A stretch of 60,137 nt of DNA, from NCBI GenBank assembly GCA_903833055.1, contig CAILDU010000048.1:1-60137 (forward strand), in the 5' to 3' direction. This stretch comes from an uncultured Verrucomicrobia subdivision 3 bacterium (lineage in GTDB: Bacteria; Verrucomicrobiota; Verrucomicrobiia; Limisphaerales; UBA11358). The position numbers and the translations under genes were made by a program. Shown piece after piece: positions 35,678 through 47,463 of the stretch. The notes under the pieces were generated by a model. The model searched no databases and had not been told where the DNA came from. It saw nothing but the letters and a program-made list of their open reading frames with translations. Each line of letters opens with the position of its first letter. Within the stretch, counting starts at the first letter, position 1.

Positions 35678-38600
35678 ATGAAAAATAAAGGAACAATCCA
35701 GCGCGGCGCGCGTTTGAAATTTCTGCATTCTGCATTGTTCATTCTGCCTTTGCTCGCCGCGTTGTCGCTGTTGGCGCAAGAAAATCCGTCCGGCTCCGGC
35801 CCGGAAATTTCGGTTCCAAAAAATATTCCCGCCGACGCGACGCACGCGTTGCCAAAACCAAACTGGATTGACCAATCACAAGCCGACGCGGACAAAAAAT
35901 CTCGCGGTTGTCTCGAATGCCACGTCGGCAGCGAGTCCATGCACGCGTCAAAAAATGTCGTGCTGGGCTGCACGGATTGCCATGGCGGCAATGCGACGCC
36001 GGGCTTGAAACAAACGCAGGCGCACGTCGCGCCGCGTAATCCGGTTTTCTGGCAAAGCTCGGCGAACCCGAACGACTCGACGATTTTGCTCAATCACGAA
36101 TCCGCCGAGTTCATCAAATTTGTAAATCCCGGCGATTTGCGCGTCGTGGAGGAAACCTGCGCGCCGTGCCACGCGGATATCGTCCACAACGTCAGCCACA
36201 GCATGATGCGCCATGGGGCGATGCTCTGGGGCGCGGCGCTCTACAACAACGGCGCATATCCGGCAAAAAATTATCGCTTCGGCCAAGCCTACGGTTTGGA
36301 CGGCTCGCCGCTGCGATTGGAAAGTCCGGTTCCCGTCACGCAGGCAATGACCGACCGCTGGGGAATTTTGCCGTTCATTGATCCGCTGCCGCGCTTTGAA
36401 ATTTCGCAACCGGGCAATTTGCTCCGCATCTTCGAGCGCGGCGGCGAAGAGCAATCGCAGCTCGGCAATCCGAATCCGTTTGAAGAACCCGGCAAGCCCG
36501 CGCGCCGTTTGAGCGAGCGCGGACTCGGCACGTTGAACCGGATTGATCCCGTATTTTTGAATTTGCAGAAGACGCGCTTGAACGATCCGCTGCTGGATTT
36601 CATGGGCTCAAACAATCATCCGGGCGATTATCGCAGCAGCGGCTGCACGGCGTGTCACGTTGTTTATGCGAACGACCGTTCGCCCACGGATTCCGGCTGG
36701 TATGCGAAATACGGCAATCAAGGCTTGAGTTTTTCCGCCGACAAAGCGATTCGCAAAGACGAGCGCGGACATCCTATCACGCACCAATTCACGCGCGCGA
36801 TTCCGACGAGTCAGTGCATGAACTGCCATATGCATCAGGGAAATTTGTTCGTGAATCCATTTCTTGGTTTCACTTGGTGGGATCAGGAAACCGACGGCGA
36901 ATTCATGTATCCGGCCAAGCAAAAAAATCCGACGCCGGAAGAATTGACGCGCGCCATTCGTGATAATCCCGAGGCCGCCGCCGCGCGCGGTTTGTGGGGC
37001 GATTTGGATTTTCTCGAAAAAGTTTCCGAGTTGAATCCGAAATTGAAAGATACGCAGTTCGCCGATTACCACGGTCACGGCTGGATTTTCCGCGCGGTGT
37101 TCAAGCACGATCGCGAAGGCAATTTACGCGACCGCGATGAAAATATTATTACGGCAGACGACCCGCAGAAATTTGCGAAGGCCGTTCACTTGAAGGACGA
37201 ACATCTCGCGCACGGAATGCAATGCGCCGACTGTCACTTCGACGTGGACGTTCACGGCAACGGCCTACTTTACGGCGAGCCGCGCGCGGCGACGACCATC
37301 GAGTGCATTGATTGTCACGGCACAATTCAAAAACGCCCGTCGCTCGTGACGAGTGGCAACGGCGGTATTTGGACCGGCACAAACATCGCCAATGTGGATT
37401 TGCGCGCGAATAATACCGCGTTTGGCCCGCGCTTTTTCTGGCAGGGAAATAAATTGTTCCAGCGTTCTTCGATGGCGCCGGACTTGATTTGGGAAGTGCC
37501 GCAAACCATTGATACTATTGATCCGAATTCGTCGCACTATAACGCAAAGTCGGCTTACGCAAAAACTTTGGGACGCGACGGAAAAACTTGGGGCGCAGTG
37601 CCGGAGCCAAAAAATTGCACGCGCGATTTGGCGCATGACAATTCAAATGTCGGTTGCCAAGTCTGCCATTCGTCGTGGGCAACTTCCTGTTTCGGCTGTC
37701 ATTTGCCGATGCGCGCGAACCAGCGCGTGCCGGCGAACAAATTTGAAGGCACGACCACGCGCAATTTTACGAGCTACAATCCGCAGGTCGTGCGCGATGA
37801 TGTTTTTCAGCTCGGCGTGGATGCGAGTTACAAGAGCAATCGCCTCGCCGTATTGCGCTCGTCGTCCGCCGTCATCGTGAGTTCGCAGAACGCAAATCGC
37901 GAATGGGTTTATTCGCAGCAGCAGACCATCAGCGCGGAGGGTTACAGCGGCGAGGCTTACAATCCGCACTTGCCGCATACAACGAGCGGCGTGGGCACGA
38001 CGAAAAATTGCGAAGACTGCCACGTTGCGAAAGCCAATGACAACAATGCTTGGCTCGCGTCGCTGCTCGGTTTCGGCACGGGCACGGTGAATTTCTTTGG
38101 CCGCTACGCCTATGTCGGCGAAGGCAAGGGCGGACTCGACGCAGTGATTTGGACGGAGCAAGACGAACCGCAGGCCGCGCTCGGCAGCCATCTGCATCGC
38201 CTCGCGTATCCCGACAATTACAAAAAATTCGTCGAAGAAGATCACAGCATTTTGCACGACGGCGAACGCAAGGAAGCAACCGAGATTCTCGATTTGATTC
38301 AGCGCGGCGAGTATCTTTACACCGCGAATGGCAAAGATGGCTTCGAGGTTTTTGATATTGCAAACATTGATCAAAAAGGCTTTTCCGAACGCATCAGCAC
38401 CGCGCCAGTTTCGCCGCTCGGCCAACGCACTTACGTCCGCACGAAATACGCCACGAGCGTCACGCTGCCGAGCACGCTTGGCGTGGATCCGCTGCGAACG
38501 CATTTGCCGGAAAATCAGGAGCAACCCGTCAGCCCGATTTACGCGTGGGTTTTTGTGACTGACCGCGAGGAAGGTTTGGTGATGGTCACGGTCGGCACAT

Positions 38601-39538
38601 TGCTCGACGGCAATCCTGACAATAATTATTTCGATAAGGAAAAAATTATCCGCTTCAATCCGGATGGAAAACTTTCCGGCGCGATGCACAGTTTCATGGC
38701 GGGAACGAATCTTTACGTCGTCGGCAAAAACGGATTGTTTGTGGTCGGTCTGCGTAATGACGCACTCGAAGCGCCAATGTTGGCGGGCGAATTGACCGAC
38801 GGTTTAAAAAATCCGCGCGCGGTCGGCGTGCAATTCCGTTATGCGTTTGTGACGGACGATGAAGGTTTCAAAGTCCTTGATGTCACCGAGCCGACGAAAC
38901 CGAAATTGATTCCCGGCGCCTTCGTGCCGCTCAAAAACGCGCAGCGGTTTTATCTCGCGCGCACTTACGCCTACGTTGCGGATGGTGCGGATGGATTGGC
39001 GTTCATTGACATTTCCAATCCGGAAAAACCGAAACTGGAACGGCTTTACAACGCCGATGGAAAATTGAACGACACGCGCGCGGTGCAAATCGGTTCGGTC
39101 AATGCGTCGGAATTTGCGTTCGTTGCGGATGGGAAAAATGGATTGCAAATCTTGCAGATGATTTCGCCGGAAAATGTTCCGGGCGCGATGGGTTTTAGTC
39201 CCGCGCCGAATCCAAAACTCATCTCAACATTCCCGACGCGCGAACCGGCGGTGGCGGTCGGTCGCGGGCTTGACCGCGACCGCGTGGTGGATGAAAGCGG
39301 AAATCAAACGGTCGTGTTCGGACGCAAGGGTTCACGTCCGTTTAATCTCGCCGAGATGAAAAAGTTTTACGAGCGCGATGGTGAACTTTACACGGTGGAA
39401 AATGTTTTTTCGCGCGATGGAAAACTGGTCACGCGCAGTGGCGATGAGTTGAAACCGACAGCGGAATTTCAATCCGAAACGCAGGAAGCCATTGCACCAC
39501 CGAGTAATAATGAGCGTTTGCTGCGGCGCGGCGAGTAA
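35678..39538 (+). CDS. decaheme c-type cytochrome fused to a C-terminal LVIVD-repeat (beta-propeller-like) region
   Basis: Signal peptide. Ten CxxCH motifs: CLECH, CTDCH, CAPCH, CTACH, CMNCH, CADCH, CIDCH, CQVCH, CFGCH, CEDCH. C-terminal repeats [58 protein letters not shown]. Confidence 0.88.
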   Translation: MKNKGTIQRGARLKFLHSALFILPLLAALSLLAQENPSGSGPEISVPKNIPADATHALPKPNWIDQSQADADKKSRGCLECHVGSESMHASKNVVLGCTDCHGGNATPGLKQTQAHVAPRNPVFWQSSANPNDSTILLNHESAEFIKFVNPGDLRVVEETCAPCHADIVHNVSHSMMRHGAMLWGAALYNNGAYPAKNYRFGQAYGLDGSPLRLESPVPVTQAMTDRWGILPFIDPLPRFEISQPGNLLRIFERGGEEQSQLGNPNPFEEPGKPARRLSERGLGTLNRIDPVFLNLQKTRLNDPLLDFMGSNNHPGDYRSSGCTACHVVYANDRSPTDSGWYAKYGNQGLSFSADKAIRKDERGHPITHQFTRAIPTSQCMNCHMHQGNLFVNPFLGFTWWDQETDGEFMYPAKQKNPTPEELTRAIRDNPEAAAARGLWGDLDFLEKVSELNPKLKDTQFADYHGHGWIFRAVFKHDREGNLRDRDENIITADDPQKFAKAVHLKDEHLAHGMQCADCHFDVDVHGNGLLYGEPRAATTIECIDCHGTIQKRPSLVTSGNGGIWTGTNIANVDLRANNTAFGPRFFWQGNKLFQRSSMAPDLIWEVPQTIDTIDPNSSHYNAKSAYAKTLGRDGKTWGAVPEPKNCTRDLAHDNSNVGCQVCHSSWATSCFGCHLPMRANQRVPANKFEGTTTRNFTSYNPQVVRDDVFQLGVDASYKSNRLAVLRSSSAVIVSSQNANREWVYSQQQTISAEGYSGEAYNPHLPHTTSGVGTTKNCEDCHVAKANDNNAWLASLLGFGTGTVNFFGRYAYVGEGKGGLDAVIWTEQDEPQAALGSHLHRLAYPDNYKKFVEEDHSILHDGERKEATEILDLIQRGEYLYTANGKDGFEVFDIANIDQKGFSERISTAPVSPLGQRTYVRTKYATSVTLPSTLGVDPLRTHLPENQEQPVSPIYAWVFVTDREEGLVMVTVGTLLDGNPDNNYFDKEKIIRFNPDGKLSGAMHSFMAGTNLYVVGKNGLFVVGLRNDALEAPMLAGELTDGLKNPRAVGVQFRYAFVTDDEGFKVLDVTEPTKPKLIPGAFVPLKNAQRFYLARTYAYVADGADGLAFIDISNPEKPKLERLYNADGKLNDTRAVQIGSVNASEFAFVADGKNGLQILQMISPENVPGAMGFSPAPNPKLISTFPTREPAVAVGRGLDRDRVVDESGNQTVVFGRKGSRPFNLAEMKKFYERDGELYTVENVFSRDGKLVTRSGDELKPTAEFQSETQEAIAPPSNNERLLRRGE

Positions 39539-39546
39539 AAATCTTT

Positions 39547-42288
39547 TCAGTGCGGCGATTCGGGGCGCTGAAAAATAATCGTGTCGGACGGATGATGGAC
39601 ATTGCCGCGCGGCATGATGAGCTTGGCGACGAGGCCGCTCCAGCCGGTCTGATGCGAAGCGCCCACGCCGCGTCCGCTGTCGCCGTGAAAATATTCGTGG
39701 AACAAAATGTGGTTCTTGAAATGCGGGTCGGTCGCGAGCTTCGGATGATATTTCAAAACGGGACGCTGGCCGTCCGCACCGGGCTGAAATAATTTTACGA
39801 GCCGGAGCGATAGTTCATCCGCGACTTCCTTGAGGGTCAGAAATTTTCCCGAACCGGTGGGGCATTCGATTTTGAAATCGTCGCCGTAGTAATGGTGAAA
39901 TTTCTGGAGCGATTCAATGAGGAGAAAATTCATCGGCAGCCAGATGGGGCCGCGCCAGTTGGAATTACCGCCGAAAAGTCCGGCTTCGGATTCCGCCGGC
40001 CAGTAACGGACTTCATGAATTTCGCCGCCGCAATCAAGTTGATACGGTTCGGTCTCGTGAATTTTTGACAGCGCGCGGATGCCGTGGTCGCTCAAAAATT
40101 CCGTCTCATCAAGCGCGCGACGCAGCAGACATTTCATGCGGTGACCGCGCAGCAGCGAGAGCAAATGGCGCTCGCCGACGCCGTGATCCTGCCAGCGCGA
40201 AACGAGATTCGCGAGGTCGGGACGATGCTTGAGAAACCATTCCATGCGCGCGGTGAAGGCGGGCAGACGTTTCAGCAAAGCGGGATCCAAAGTCTCAACG
40301 GCAAACAGCGGAACGAGGCCGACGAGCGAGCGGACTTTGAGCGGAATTTTTTTGCCGTCGGGCAGACAAAGTTCGTCGTAATAAAATTCATCCGTTTCGT
40401 CCCAGAGCGCCAGGCCGTCATCGGGCATGGCGTTGTCGCTGACGCCGTTGATGGCGGCGGCGATGCTCAAAAAATGCTCGAAAAATTTCGTGGCGATGTC
40501 CTCGTAAACTTTATTGTGCTGCGCGAGTTCGAGCGAAATCCGCAATAGATTCAGGCAATACATCGCCATCCAGCTTGTGCCGTCGGCTTGATTGATGAAG
40601 CCGCCGGTGGGCAATGCGGAGCTGCGATCGAACACGCCAATGTTGTCGAGACCGAGAAATCCGCCTTGAAAAATATTGCGGCCTTGCGCGTCTTTGCGAT
40701 TCACCCACCAGGTAAAATTCAAAAGTAATTTATGGAAGACGCGTTCCAAAAATTCCAAATCGCCTTTGTCGTGTTCGTCCGTTTCGCGGCGATGTTTGCG
40801 ATCCATTTGGAAGACACGCCACGTCGCCCACGCGTGCACGGGCGGATTCACGTCGCCGAACGCCCACTCGTAAGCGGGCAACTGGCCGTTCGGGTGCATG
40901 AACCATTCGCGCGTGAGCAGGTCGAGTTGACGCTTGGCGAACTCGGAATCAATGAGCGCAATCGGGATGCAATGAAACGCCAAATCCCACGCGGCGAACC
41001 ACGGGTATTCCCATTTGTCCGGCATCGAAATAATGTCGGCATTGTTCATGTGCGACCAATCGGCGTTGCGCGCGTGACGACGTTCCGGCGGCGGCGGCGG
41101 TTGCGTCGGATCGCCGTTGAGCCACGTCCGCACGTTGAAACGATAAAATTGTTTCGACCAGATCATGCCGGCGAAAGCCTGCCGCTGGATGGAACGCAAA
41201 TCGGCGTCGTGCAGACCGTCCTGCACTTCGGCGTAAAACTGATCGGCCTCGGTCAGCGCTTGTGAAAAAACCGCATCAAAATCTGTGAACGGTTTTGTGG
41301 CGGACTTGCGCGCGAGGCGCAATTGGATGGAGCGCGAGCCACTGGCGGGAATTTCCAATTCGTAATGCGCGCACATTTTTGTGCCGACGCGTTTGGGATT
41401 AACCGCGTCTTTATTGCCTGCAATGAGGTATTCGTGAAAGGCGTCTTTGAAAAATCCGGCAACTTTTTCTTCGCCGTAAATCCGCTCACGGTTCGTTTCG
41501 TTTTCGCAAAACAGCAAGTCGGGTAAAGTTTTTCCGTCGTCGGTCGCGCCGGGATGAAATTCAAAGGTGCCAAGTTCTTCGTGTTCGACGGCGACGGCCG
41601 AGCCGCCGCGCACGGCGCGTAAATTGGGTTTGTGCGCCTCTTTTTTCCACGACCATGAGTTGCGAAACATCAGGTGCGGCAGCAGATGAATCGTCGCCGC
41701 TTCGGGTCCGCGATTGTGAACGGTGACGCGCATCAAAATGTCGTCGGGCGCGGCCTTGGCGTATTCTACGAAGATGTCGAAGTAACGGTCGTCGTCAAAA
41801 ACGCCGGTGTCGAGCAGTTCAAATTCGCCGTCCGTTTTTCCGCGCTTCGCATTTTCCGCGACGAGCTGATCGTAGGGAAAAGCGCGTTGCGGATACTTAT
41901 AAAGCATCTTCAGGTAGGAATGCGTCGGCGTCGCGTCGAGGTAATAATACAGTTCCTTCACGTCCTCGCCGTGATTGCCCTCAGCGTTGGTGAGGCCGAA
42001 AAGACGCTCCTTCAAAATTGGATCTTTGCCGTTCCACACCGCGAGCGAGAGACAGAGACGTTGTAAACCGTCGCTGAAACCGGCGATGCCGTCTTCACCC
42101 CAGCGATAGGCGCGGCTGCGCGCGTGGTCGTGCGGAAAATATTCCCACGCCGTGCCGCCGGGCGAATAATCTTCGCGCACAGTTCCCCACTGACGTTCGG
42201 AAAGATAGGGTCCAAAAAATTTCCACGGCTGCGCGCCTTTTTTTTCTTTGGCGAGCCGGACTTTTTCAGCAATGACAGCAGCACACAT
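39547..42288 (-). CDS. GH63-like glucosidase (MGH1-like glycoside hydrolase)
   Basis: N-terminal [44 protein letters not shown] and the (alpha/alpha)6-type C-terminal half, both typical of the ~900-aa bacterial GH63-like family (recollection). Confidence 0.8.
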   Translation of the reverse strand: MCAAVIAEKVRLAKEKKGAQPWKFFGPYLSERQWGTVREDYSPGGTAWEYFPHDHARSRAYRWGEDGIAGFSDGLQRLCLSLAVWNGKDPILKERLFGLTNAEGNHGEDVKELYYYLDATPTHSYLKMLYKYPQRAFPYDQLVAENAKRGKTDGEFELLDTGVFDDDRYFDIFVEYAKAAPDDILMRVTVHNRGPEAATIHLLPHLMFRNSWSWKKEAHKPNLRAVRGGSAVAVEHEELGTFEFHPGATDDGKTLPDLLFCENETNRERIYGEEKVAGFFKDAFHEYLIAGNKDAVNPKRVGTKMCAHYELEIPASGSRSIQLRLARKSATKPFTDFDAVFSQALTEADQFYAEVQDGLHDADLRSIQRQAFAGMIWSKQFYRFNVRTWLNGDPTQPPPPPERRHARNADWSHMNNADIISMPDKWEYPWFAAWDLAFHCIPIALIDSEFAKRQLDLLTREWFMHPNGQLPAYEWAFGDVNPPVHAWATWRVFQMDRKHRRETDEHDKGDLEFLERVFHKLLLNFTWWVNRKDAQGRNIFQGGFLGLDNIGVFDRSSALPTGGFINQADGTSWMAMYCLNLLRISLELAQHNKVYEDIATKFFEHFLSIAAAINGVSDNAMPDDGLALWDETDEFYYDELCLPDGKKIPLKVRSLVGLVPLFAVETLDPALLKRLPAFTARMEWFLKHRPDLANLVSRWQDHGVGERHLLSLLRGHRMKCLLRRALDETEFLSDHGIRALSKIHETEPYQLDCGGEIHEVRYWPAESEAGLFGGNSNWRGPIWLPMNFLLIESLQKFHHYYGDDFKIECPTGSGKFLTLKEVADELSLRLVKLFQPGADGQRPVLKYHPKLATDPHFKNHILFHEYFHGDSGRGVGASHQTGWSGLVAKLIMPRGNVHHPSDTIIFQRPESPH

Positions 42289-42365
42289 CCTTGAGCCTTA
42301 TTTAACAATTTTCTGACTGTCGGCAAGTGCCGATTTTTTATCCGTCCTTGTTTCTAAAATTTTCT

Positions 42366-45300
42366 TCAACGAGCGACCGGCTGTTTCTGCCGCCAGTCGC
42401 GCAAATGAACTAAAGCTTTTTCCGCCTGCGCGTCGAGGCTGGCGAGCGTTTCGCCCGCGCTGTTCGCATCGCTCACCTCGGCGGCGTCTTCGACCGTTTG
42501 GAGCATTTCCGAGAGCGGGCGGAAACCGAACAGCGCAAGTAATCCTTTCAGCGAGTGCGCGGCGCGTTTGAGATCGGGCCAGTGGGCGGCGGCGTGCAGC
42601 CGATGGATTTCCTTCAAGCGATCCGGTAGCTCATTTACGAAATCCGCCGCCATGTCGCAAACGGCGGCGCGGCCGAGGTCGTTGCACAGTTGTTCAATCT
42701 GGCCGTCATCAAAAATTTTGTCGCTGGCGGAACGCGCGGGAACGGCGGCGAGCAGCGATTGATAAAGTTGCTGCGAGGTGAACGGCTTGGGCAAATAGTC
42801 GTCCATGCCAGCGGCGAGGCAGCGTTCGCGTTCGCCGACGAGCGCGTTGGCGGTGATGGCAATGATGCGGACGCGCGGTGAAATATTTTTTTCAGTTTCG
42901 ATTTTACGAATCTCGGCGGTGGCTTCGTGGCCATCGAGTTCCGGCATATTGCAGTCCATTAAAATGGCGTCGTAAGTGCCGGAAGAAAATTTATTTACGG
43001 CTTCGCGACCGTTTTCCGTCCAGTCGGCCTTGACGCCAAAACCATCGAGCATGAGCTGCCAGAGCTTGCGATTAAAGGGATGATCCTCGGCGGCGAGAAT
43101 GCGGAGATTGGAAATGGGCGTGGTCTTGACGACGGTTTCGCGCGCAATAATTTCCGTGTCGCCGGGCAGCCGGACGGGCCGCAACGCTTCCGGTTTTTTG
43201 CCGGCGACCACGTTCACCAGCGCGTCAAACAAAGATTGTTCGCGGGCGGGTTTGAGCAACACGTTGGCGAACTGTGCCAAATCATTTTGTTCATCGCCCA
43301 ACGTCGCCGTGGGGCCGGCGAGCAAGATACATTGGACGCGGCCACGTTGTTCCATGAGCAACGTGCGCAGCGCAGCGCCGCCGAGTTCGAGCATTTCATC
43401 GTCACACAAAACAACGGGCAGAATTGTCGAGCGGATATCGTGCCGGAGCGTGCGCAATAATTCCGTGGCCGTCGCGACCTCGGAACAATCCACGCCCCAG
43501 CCGCGCAAACGTTCCGCCAGCGATTCGCGCAGACTGGCATTGGGCGCGGCGATAAGCACACGTTCGAAAACGAGACCGGGAAAACTGCGCTCGATGGCGG
43601 ATTGCGGCGGCACGGCGAAGGGCAATTCAAACCAAAAAGTTGAGCCGGTTCCCACCGCGCTGTGAACGCCGATGCGGCCGCCCATGAGTTCAATAATTTT
43701 CCGCGAGATGGCGAGGCCGAGACCGGTGCCGCCGAATTTGCGGGACGACGACGTGTCCGCCTGCATGAACGGCTGAAATAATTTATGGGTCTGTTCCGGC
43801 GTGAGGCCGATGCCTGTATCGGTAATTTCAAAACGGAGTTTGATCCGGCCTTGCGCGTGTGTGATTGGCTGGACGCGGATGATGACTTCGCCGCGCTCGG
43901 TAAATTTGACGCCGTTGCCGACGAGGTTGAGCAGCACCTGCCGGAGGCGGACGGGATCGCCAATCAACCGGTGCGGCACGTTGCGGCGGACGATGGCGGC
44001 GAGGTGAATTTTCTTTTCCGGTTCGCGCGTGGAAGCGTTTTCGAGCACGCCATCCACGATGTCGCGCAGGGAAAAATTTTCCTGCGCGATGTTCATTTTA
44101 CCCGCTTCAATCTTGGAGAAATCGAGCACGTCGTTGATGACGTGGAGCAGCGCGTTGGCGCTCGCGGCGGCGGCGGCGGCGAATTCTTTTTGGCGCGGGT
44201 CGAGGCGCGTCTGCGAAAGTAATTCAATCATGCCGAGAATGCCGCTTAACGGCGTGCGAATCTCGTGGCTCATGTTCGCGAGAAATTCGCTCTTGGCAGC
44301 GTTGGCGCGGTTGGCTTGCGCGGCGGCGGCGTTGGCCTCCTTCGCGGCAATCTGAAACTGGAGATTGGTTTTTTCCAGTGCGGCTTTGGCTTCCTGCACC
44401 GCGAGTTCGGCTTGCTTGCGGGACGTGATGTTCTGAATGACGGCCTGATATTCGAAATGTTTTCCGCTGTCATGGGTGAACCGGCGAATGTTGCATTGCT
44501 GCCATTCCACATGGCCGGCGGCGGCGACGGCGCGACGGTCAAACGAGCAGACCGGACGGTCGGCGGGCAGCGCGGCCAGATTGTCCCGCAACGTTTTCGT
44601 TTCGGCGATGGTGAGCAATTGGAAAAAATCCGAGCCGAGCAGTTGCGCTTCCGTCTGGCCGTGAAACTCACAGAAGGCTTGATTTACAAAGGTGATTTCG
44701 CCATCGGGCAGAAAGCGGCAGATTAAATCTGACTGGTCAGCGACGACGGTGCGCAGCCGTTTTTCATTTTCCGCGAGATTGATTTCTGCGCGTTGCCGTT
44801 CGGTGGCGATGGCCGCCAACAACAAATTGACTAATGCCGTCACGCAAATGTAAACGCCGAACAACCGCAGTCCGCCTAAATCGTCGTCGGTCAAAAATGG
44901 GCCGCGGCCATGCAGGAAAAAATAGACGACCATGCTTGCCGCCATCATCGTGCCCGCAACCGCACCGCGCGGGCCGAATCGGAATCCGCCCCACAACAAA
45001 AACGGCACGGGCAGATAGACGAGCGGATAATTGTGGATGCCATAAACGAACCAGGTGTTGAAGGCGACGAGCGTGCTGGCAATCAAACCGGCGGCGCAAA
45101 CGAAAGCCTCCGCGCCTTTCCGGAAATTCCAGTGCCACAGCGAACGGCTCGTCCACACGATAAAAAATGGCGGCAACACCAGCACGGCGAGCGCATTCGG
45201 AACCCACCACGCCAGCATATTGGGCAGCAGTGCGTCCCACGAAATTCGGTTTTCGCACGCCAGTCCGGCGGCGTTGAGCGCGGCGTTGAGTGCGGCGCCG

Positions 45301-45560
45301 AAACCGCAGACGACCAAGAGATAGCTCGCCACGTCGCGCACTCGTTCCTGCGCGTTTTCAAATTTAAAAAGCCATTTCAACAACGCCGCCGAGCCGAGCG
45401 CGATGAGCGTATTGCCGACGGCGGTGATGACCATGAACCAGCCAAACGGCACGCCGCCAAAAAATAAAAATAGGAACGCGCCGAGCGTGATAGCGAGCCA
45501 GTAGCGATAACCCAAAATAAAAACCACCGCCAACGCCAGCCCCGCCAGCGGCCAGAACAA
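42366..45560 (-). CDS. MASE1-PAS hybrid sensor histidine kinase with receiver(s) and an HPt domain; the 5' end is possibly frameshifted
   Basis: A multi-TM MASE1-like N-terminus, PAS, HisKA (SEFLANMSHEIRTPL), HATPase, a receiver (ILAAEDHPFNRK...ILMDCNMPELDG) and HPt (AAHSLKGLLALFG). The called start is TTG. An upstream ORF (to 45682) looks like the missing N-terminus in another frame. Confidence 0.9.
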   Translation of the reverse strand: MFWPLAGLALAVVFILGYRYWLAITLGAFLFLFFGGVPFGWFMVITAVGNTLIALGSAALLKWLFKFENAQERVRDVASYLLVVCGFGAALNAALNAAGLACENRISWDALLPNMLAWWVPNALAVLVLPPFFIVWTSRSLWHWNFRKGAEAFVCAAGLIASTLVAFNTWFVYGIHNYPLVYLPVPFLLWGGFRFGPRGAVAGTMMAASMVVYFFLHGRGPFLTDDDLGGLRLFGVYICVTALVNLLLAAIATERQRAEINLAENEKRLRTVVADQSDLICRFLPDGEITFVNQAFCEFHGQTEAQLLGSDFFQLLTIAETKTLRDNLAALPADRPVCSFDRRAVAAAGHVEWQQCNIRRFTHDSGKHFEYQAVIQNITSRKQAELAVQEAKAALEKTNLQFQIAAKEANAAAAQANRANAAKSEFLANMSHEIRTPLSGILGMIELLSQTRLDPRQKEFAAAAAASANALLHVINDVLDFSKIEAGKMNIAQENFSLRDIVDGVLENASTREPEKKIHLAAIVRRNVPHRLIGDPVRLRQVLLNLVGNGVKFTERGEVIIRVQPITHAQGRIKLRFEITDTGIGLTPEQTHKLFQPFMQADTSSSRKFGGTGLGLAISRKIIELMGGRIGVHSAVGTGSTFWFELPFAVPPQSAIERSFPGLVFERVLIAAPNASLRESLAERLRGWGVDCSEVATATELLRTLRHDIRSTILPVVLCDDEMLELGGAALRTLLMEQRGRVQCILLAGPTATLGDEQNDLAQFANVLLKPAREQSLFDALVNVVAGKKPEALRPVRLPGDTEIIARETVVKTTPISNLRILAAEDHPFNRKLWQLMLDGFGVKADWTENGREAVNKFSSGTYDAILMDCNMPELDGHEATAEIRKIETEKNISPRVRIIAITANALVGERERCLAAGMDDYLPKPFTSQQLYQSLLAAVPARSASDKIFDDGQIEQLCNDLGRAAVCDMAADFVNELPDRLKEIHRLHAAAHWPDLKRAAHSLKGLLALFGFRPLSEMLQTVEDAAEVSDANSAGETLASLDAQAEKALVHLRDWRQKQPVAR

Positions 45561-45791
45561 AGTGACTTGCCCGAAGAGCAGTAATATGATTTTTTGAAGA
45601 GCAGTCCGCCCAGAAAATAAACCACCAGCAGCGCCGTCGAACGCAACAGCGCCGGCAAGACTGGTTGTGGTGTATCACTCACGCCGGTTTCCTTTTAACG
45701 AAAAATTGCAGTCAAGGCCAGCAATATGCAAGCGGCCTTCCAAAAATTAACCGCTGACCGGCGGGCGAATTTCGTTTATGCTCCGCGCACG

Positions 45792-47234
45792 ATGAGCAAG
45801 CTGTTGTTGATTGATGATGAAGAGGACGTGCGGTATTCGCTGCAACGCATTCTCGCTTCGGAAGAAATTGAACTCGCCACCGCGTCCAGCGGCGAAGAGG
45901 GATTAAAAGTTATTCCAAAATTTAAGCCCGACCTCGTGTTGATGGACGTGCGGATGACCGGCATGACCGGCATGGAAACGCTTCGCAAAATTCGCGCGAC
46001 CGATCCCAAGTTGCTCGTCATTTTGATGACGGCTTACGGCACGACGCAAACCGCCATCGAAGCGATGAAGCTCGGCGCTTACGATTATTTGCTCAAGCCG
46101 TTCGACATCGCCAAGCTCAAGGAAGTCATCGCCAATGCGCTCAAGGCCGCGCGCGACATGAAGCAGGTCGTGTCCTACGCACCGCTTCTCGAATCCGAAG
46201 ATTACGAACTCGGCATCATCGGTCGCAGCGGCCCGATGCAGGGCGTTTTCAAACTCATCGGCCAGATTGCCGCGACCGATACCACCGCGCTCATCACCGG
46301 CGAAAGCGGCACGTGCAAAGAACTCGTCGCGCGCGCGATTTATCATCACAGCGACCGCGCGACGCAGCCGTTCCTCGCCGTCAACTGCGCCGCAATTCCA
46401 GAACAACTTTTGGAAAGCGAATTGTTCGGTCACGAAAAAGGCGCGTTCACCGGCGCGACCGTCCAGCGCATCGGCAAATTCGAGCAATGCAATAAAGGCA
46501 CGATTTTCCTCGACGAAATCGGCGACATGACGCCCGCGACGCAGACAAAAATCCTACGCGTGCTGCAATCCGGCACGTTCGAGCGCGTCGGCGGCAACTC
46601 GCCGCTGAAAGTGGATGTGCGCGTCATCGCCGCCACGAACAAGCCGTTGGAGGCCGCCGTCGCCGCCAAACAATTTCGCGAAGATTTATTTTATCGCCTC
46701 AACGTCGTGCGCATCCACCTGCCGCCGTTGCGCGACCGCCGCGACGACATTCCGCTGCTCGTGAATTACTTTCTGGAAAAAATCGCGCGTGAACATTCAC
46801 GCAAACCGAAATCCATCGCCGCCGCCGCTGTAAAATTATTTGAAAAATATCATTGGCCCGGCAACGTCCGCGAATTGGAAAACGCCATCCGCCGCGCGCA
46901 CGTCCTCGCCAAAAGCGACGCGATTTTGCCCGGCGATCTGCCGCCGGAAATTTCCGGGGCCGCCACCGGCGTGGCCGCGCCACCCACAAATAATTCCACC
47001 AGCGACGGCACAACCAGCGATGCCGCCACGCTCGCGCGCCAGCTTTTTCAAATCGCCAAACGCGATCCGAAATTAAAAATCATTCCCGCTGTCGAGCGCG
47101 AATTGGTGATTCAGGCCTTGATTGAAACGGACAACAATCAGGTTCACGCCGCCAAAATGCTCGGTATCACGCGCGCGACGCTCCGCAAACGCATCGAAAA
47201 ATTTGGCATTCAGCGGGAATTGAATGTTAAGTGA
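45792..47234 (+). CDS. sigma-54-dependent response regulator (NtrC family)
   Basis: Receiver (MSKLLLIDDEEDV...DLVLMDVRMTGMTG), an AAA+ domain with GAFTGA (EKGAFTGA), a Walker A reading GESGTCKE, and a C-terminal Fis-type HTH. Confidence 0.92.
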   Translation: MSKLLLIDDEEDVRYSLQRILASEEIELATASSGEEGLKVIPKFKPDLVLMDVRMTGMTGMETLRKIRATDPKLLVILMTAYGTTQTAIEAMKLGAYDYLLKPFDIAKLKEVIANALKAARDMKQVVSYAPLLESEDYELGIIGRSGPMQGVFKLIGQIAATDTTALITGESGTCKELVARAIYHHSDRATQPFLAVNCAAIPEQLLESELFGHEKGAFTGATVQRIGKFEQCNKGTIFLDEIGDMTPATQTKILRVLQSGTFERVGGNSPLKVDVRVIAATNKPLEAAVAAKQFREDLFYRLNVVRIHLPPLRDRRDDIPLLVNYFLEKIAREHSRKPKSIAAAAVKLFEKYHWPGNVRELENAIRRAHVLAKSDAILPGDLPPEISGAATGVAAPPTNNSTSDGTTSDAATLARQLFQIAKRDPKLKIIPAVERELVIQALIETDNNQVHAAKMLGITRATLRKRIEKFGIQRELNVK

Positions 47235-47250
47235 ACTGCCGAACCCCTTC

Positions 47251-47278
47251 TTGACACAACCCTGTTCACTGCTATTCT
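47251..47278 (+). promoter_or_regulatory. candidate sigma-70-type promoter for rpmH
   Basis: TTGACA (47251-47256), a 16-nt spacer, then TATTCT (47273-47278), about 45 nt upstream of the rpmH start. Confidence 0.3.
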
Positions 47279-47321
47279 CCCACGCTCCGGTTTTTGCGCC
47301 GGAAACAATTTATTTAATTTT

Positions 47322-47459
47322 ATGAAACGCCAGTATCAACCGTCGAAAATCCGCCGGAAACGCCAGCACGGGTTCCTCAACCGCAACTCCACCAAGAGCG
47401 GCAAGGCCACCCTCGCCAACCGCCGTCGCAATGGCCGCAAGCGCCTGACGCCGGTCTGA
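47322..47459 (+). CDS. rpmH: 50S ribosomal protein L34
   Basis: Not in the ORF track because it is under 60 aa. Manual translation gives [45 protein letters not shown], a canonical L34. Confidence 0.92.
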   Translation: MKRQYQPSKIRRKRQHGFLNRNSTKSGKATLANRRRNGRKRLTPV

Positions 47460-47463
47460 TTTT

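Noticed and set aside
37643-38689. 348-aa minus-strand ORF inside the decaheme/LVIVD gene
   Set aside because: It is an antisense shadow with no motifs. The plus strand carries the heme and LVIVD motifs continuously.
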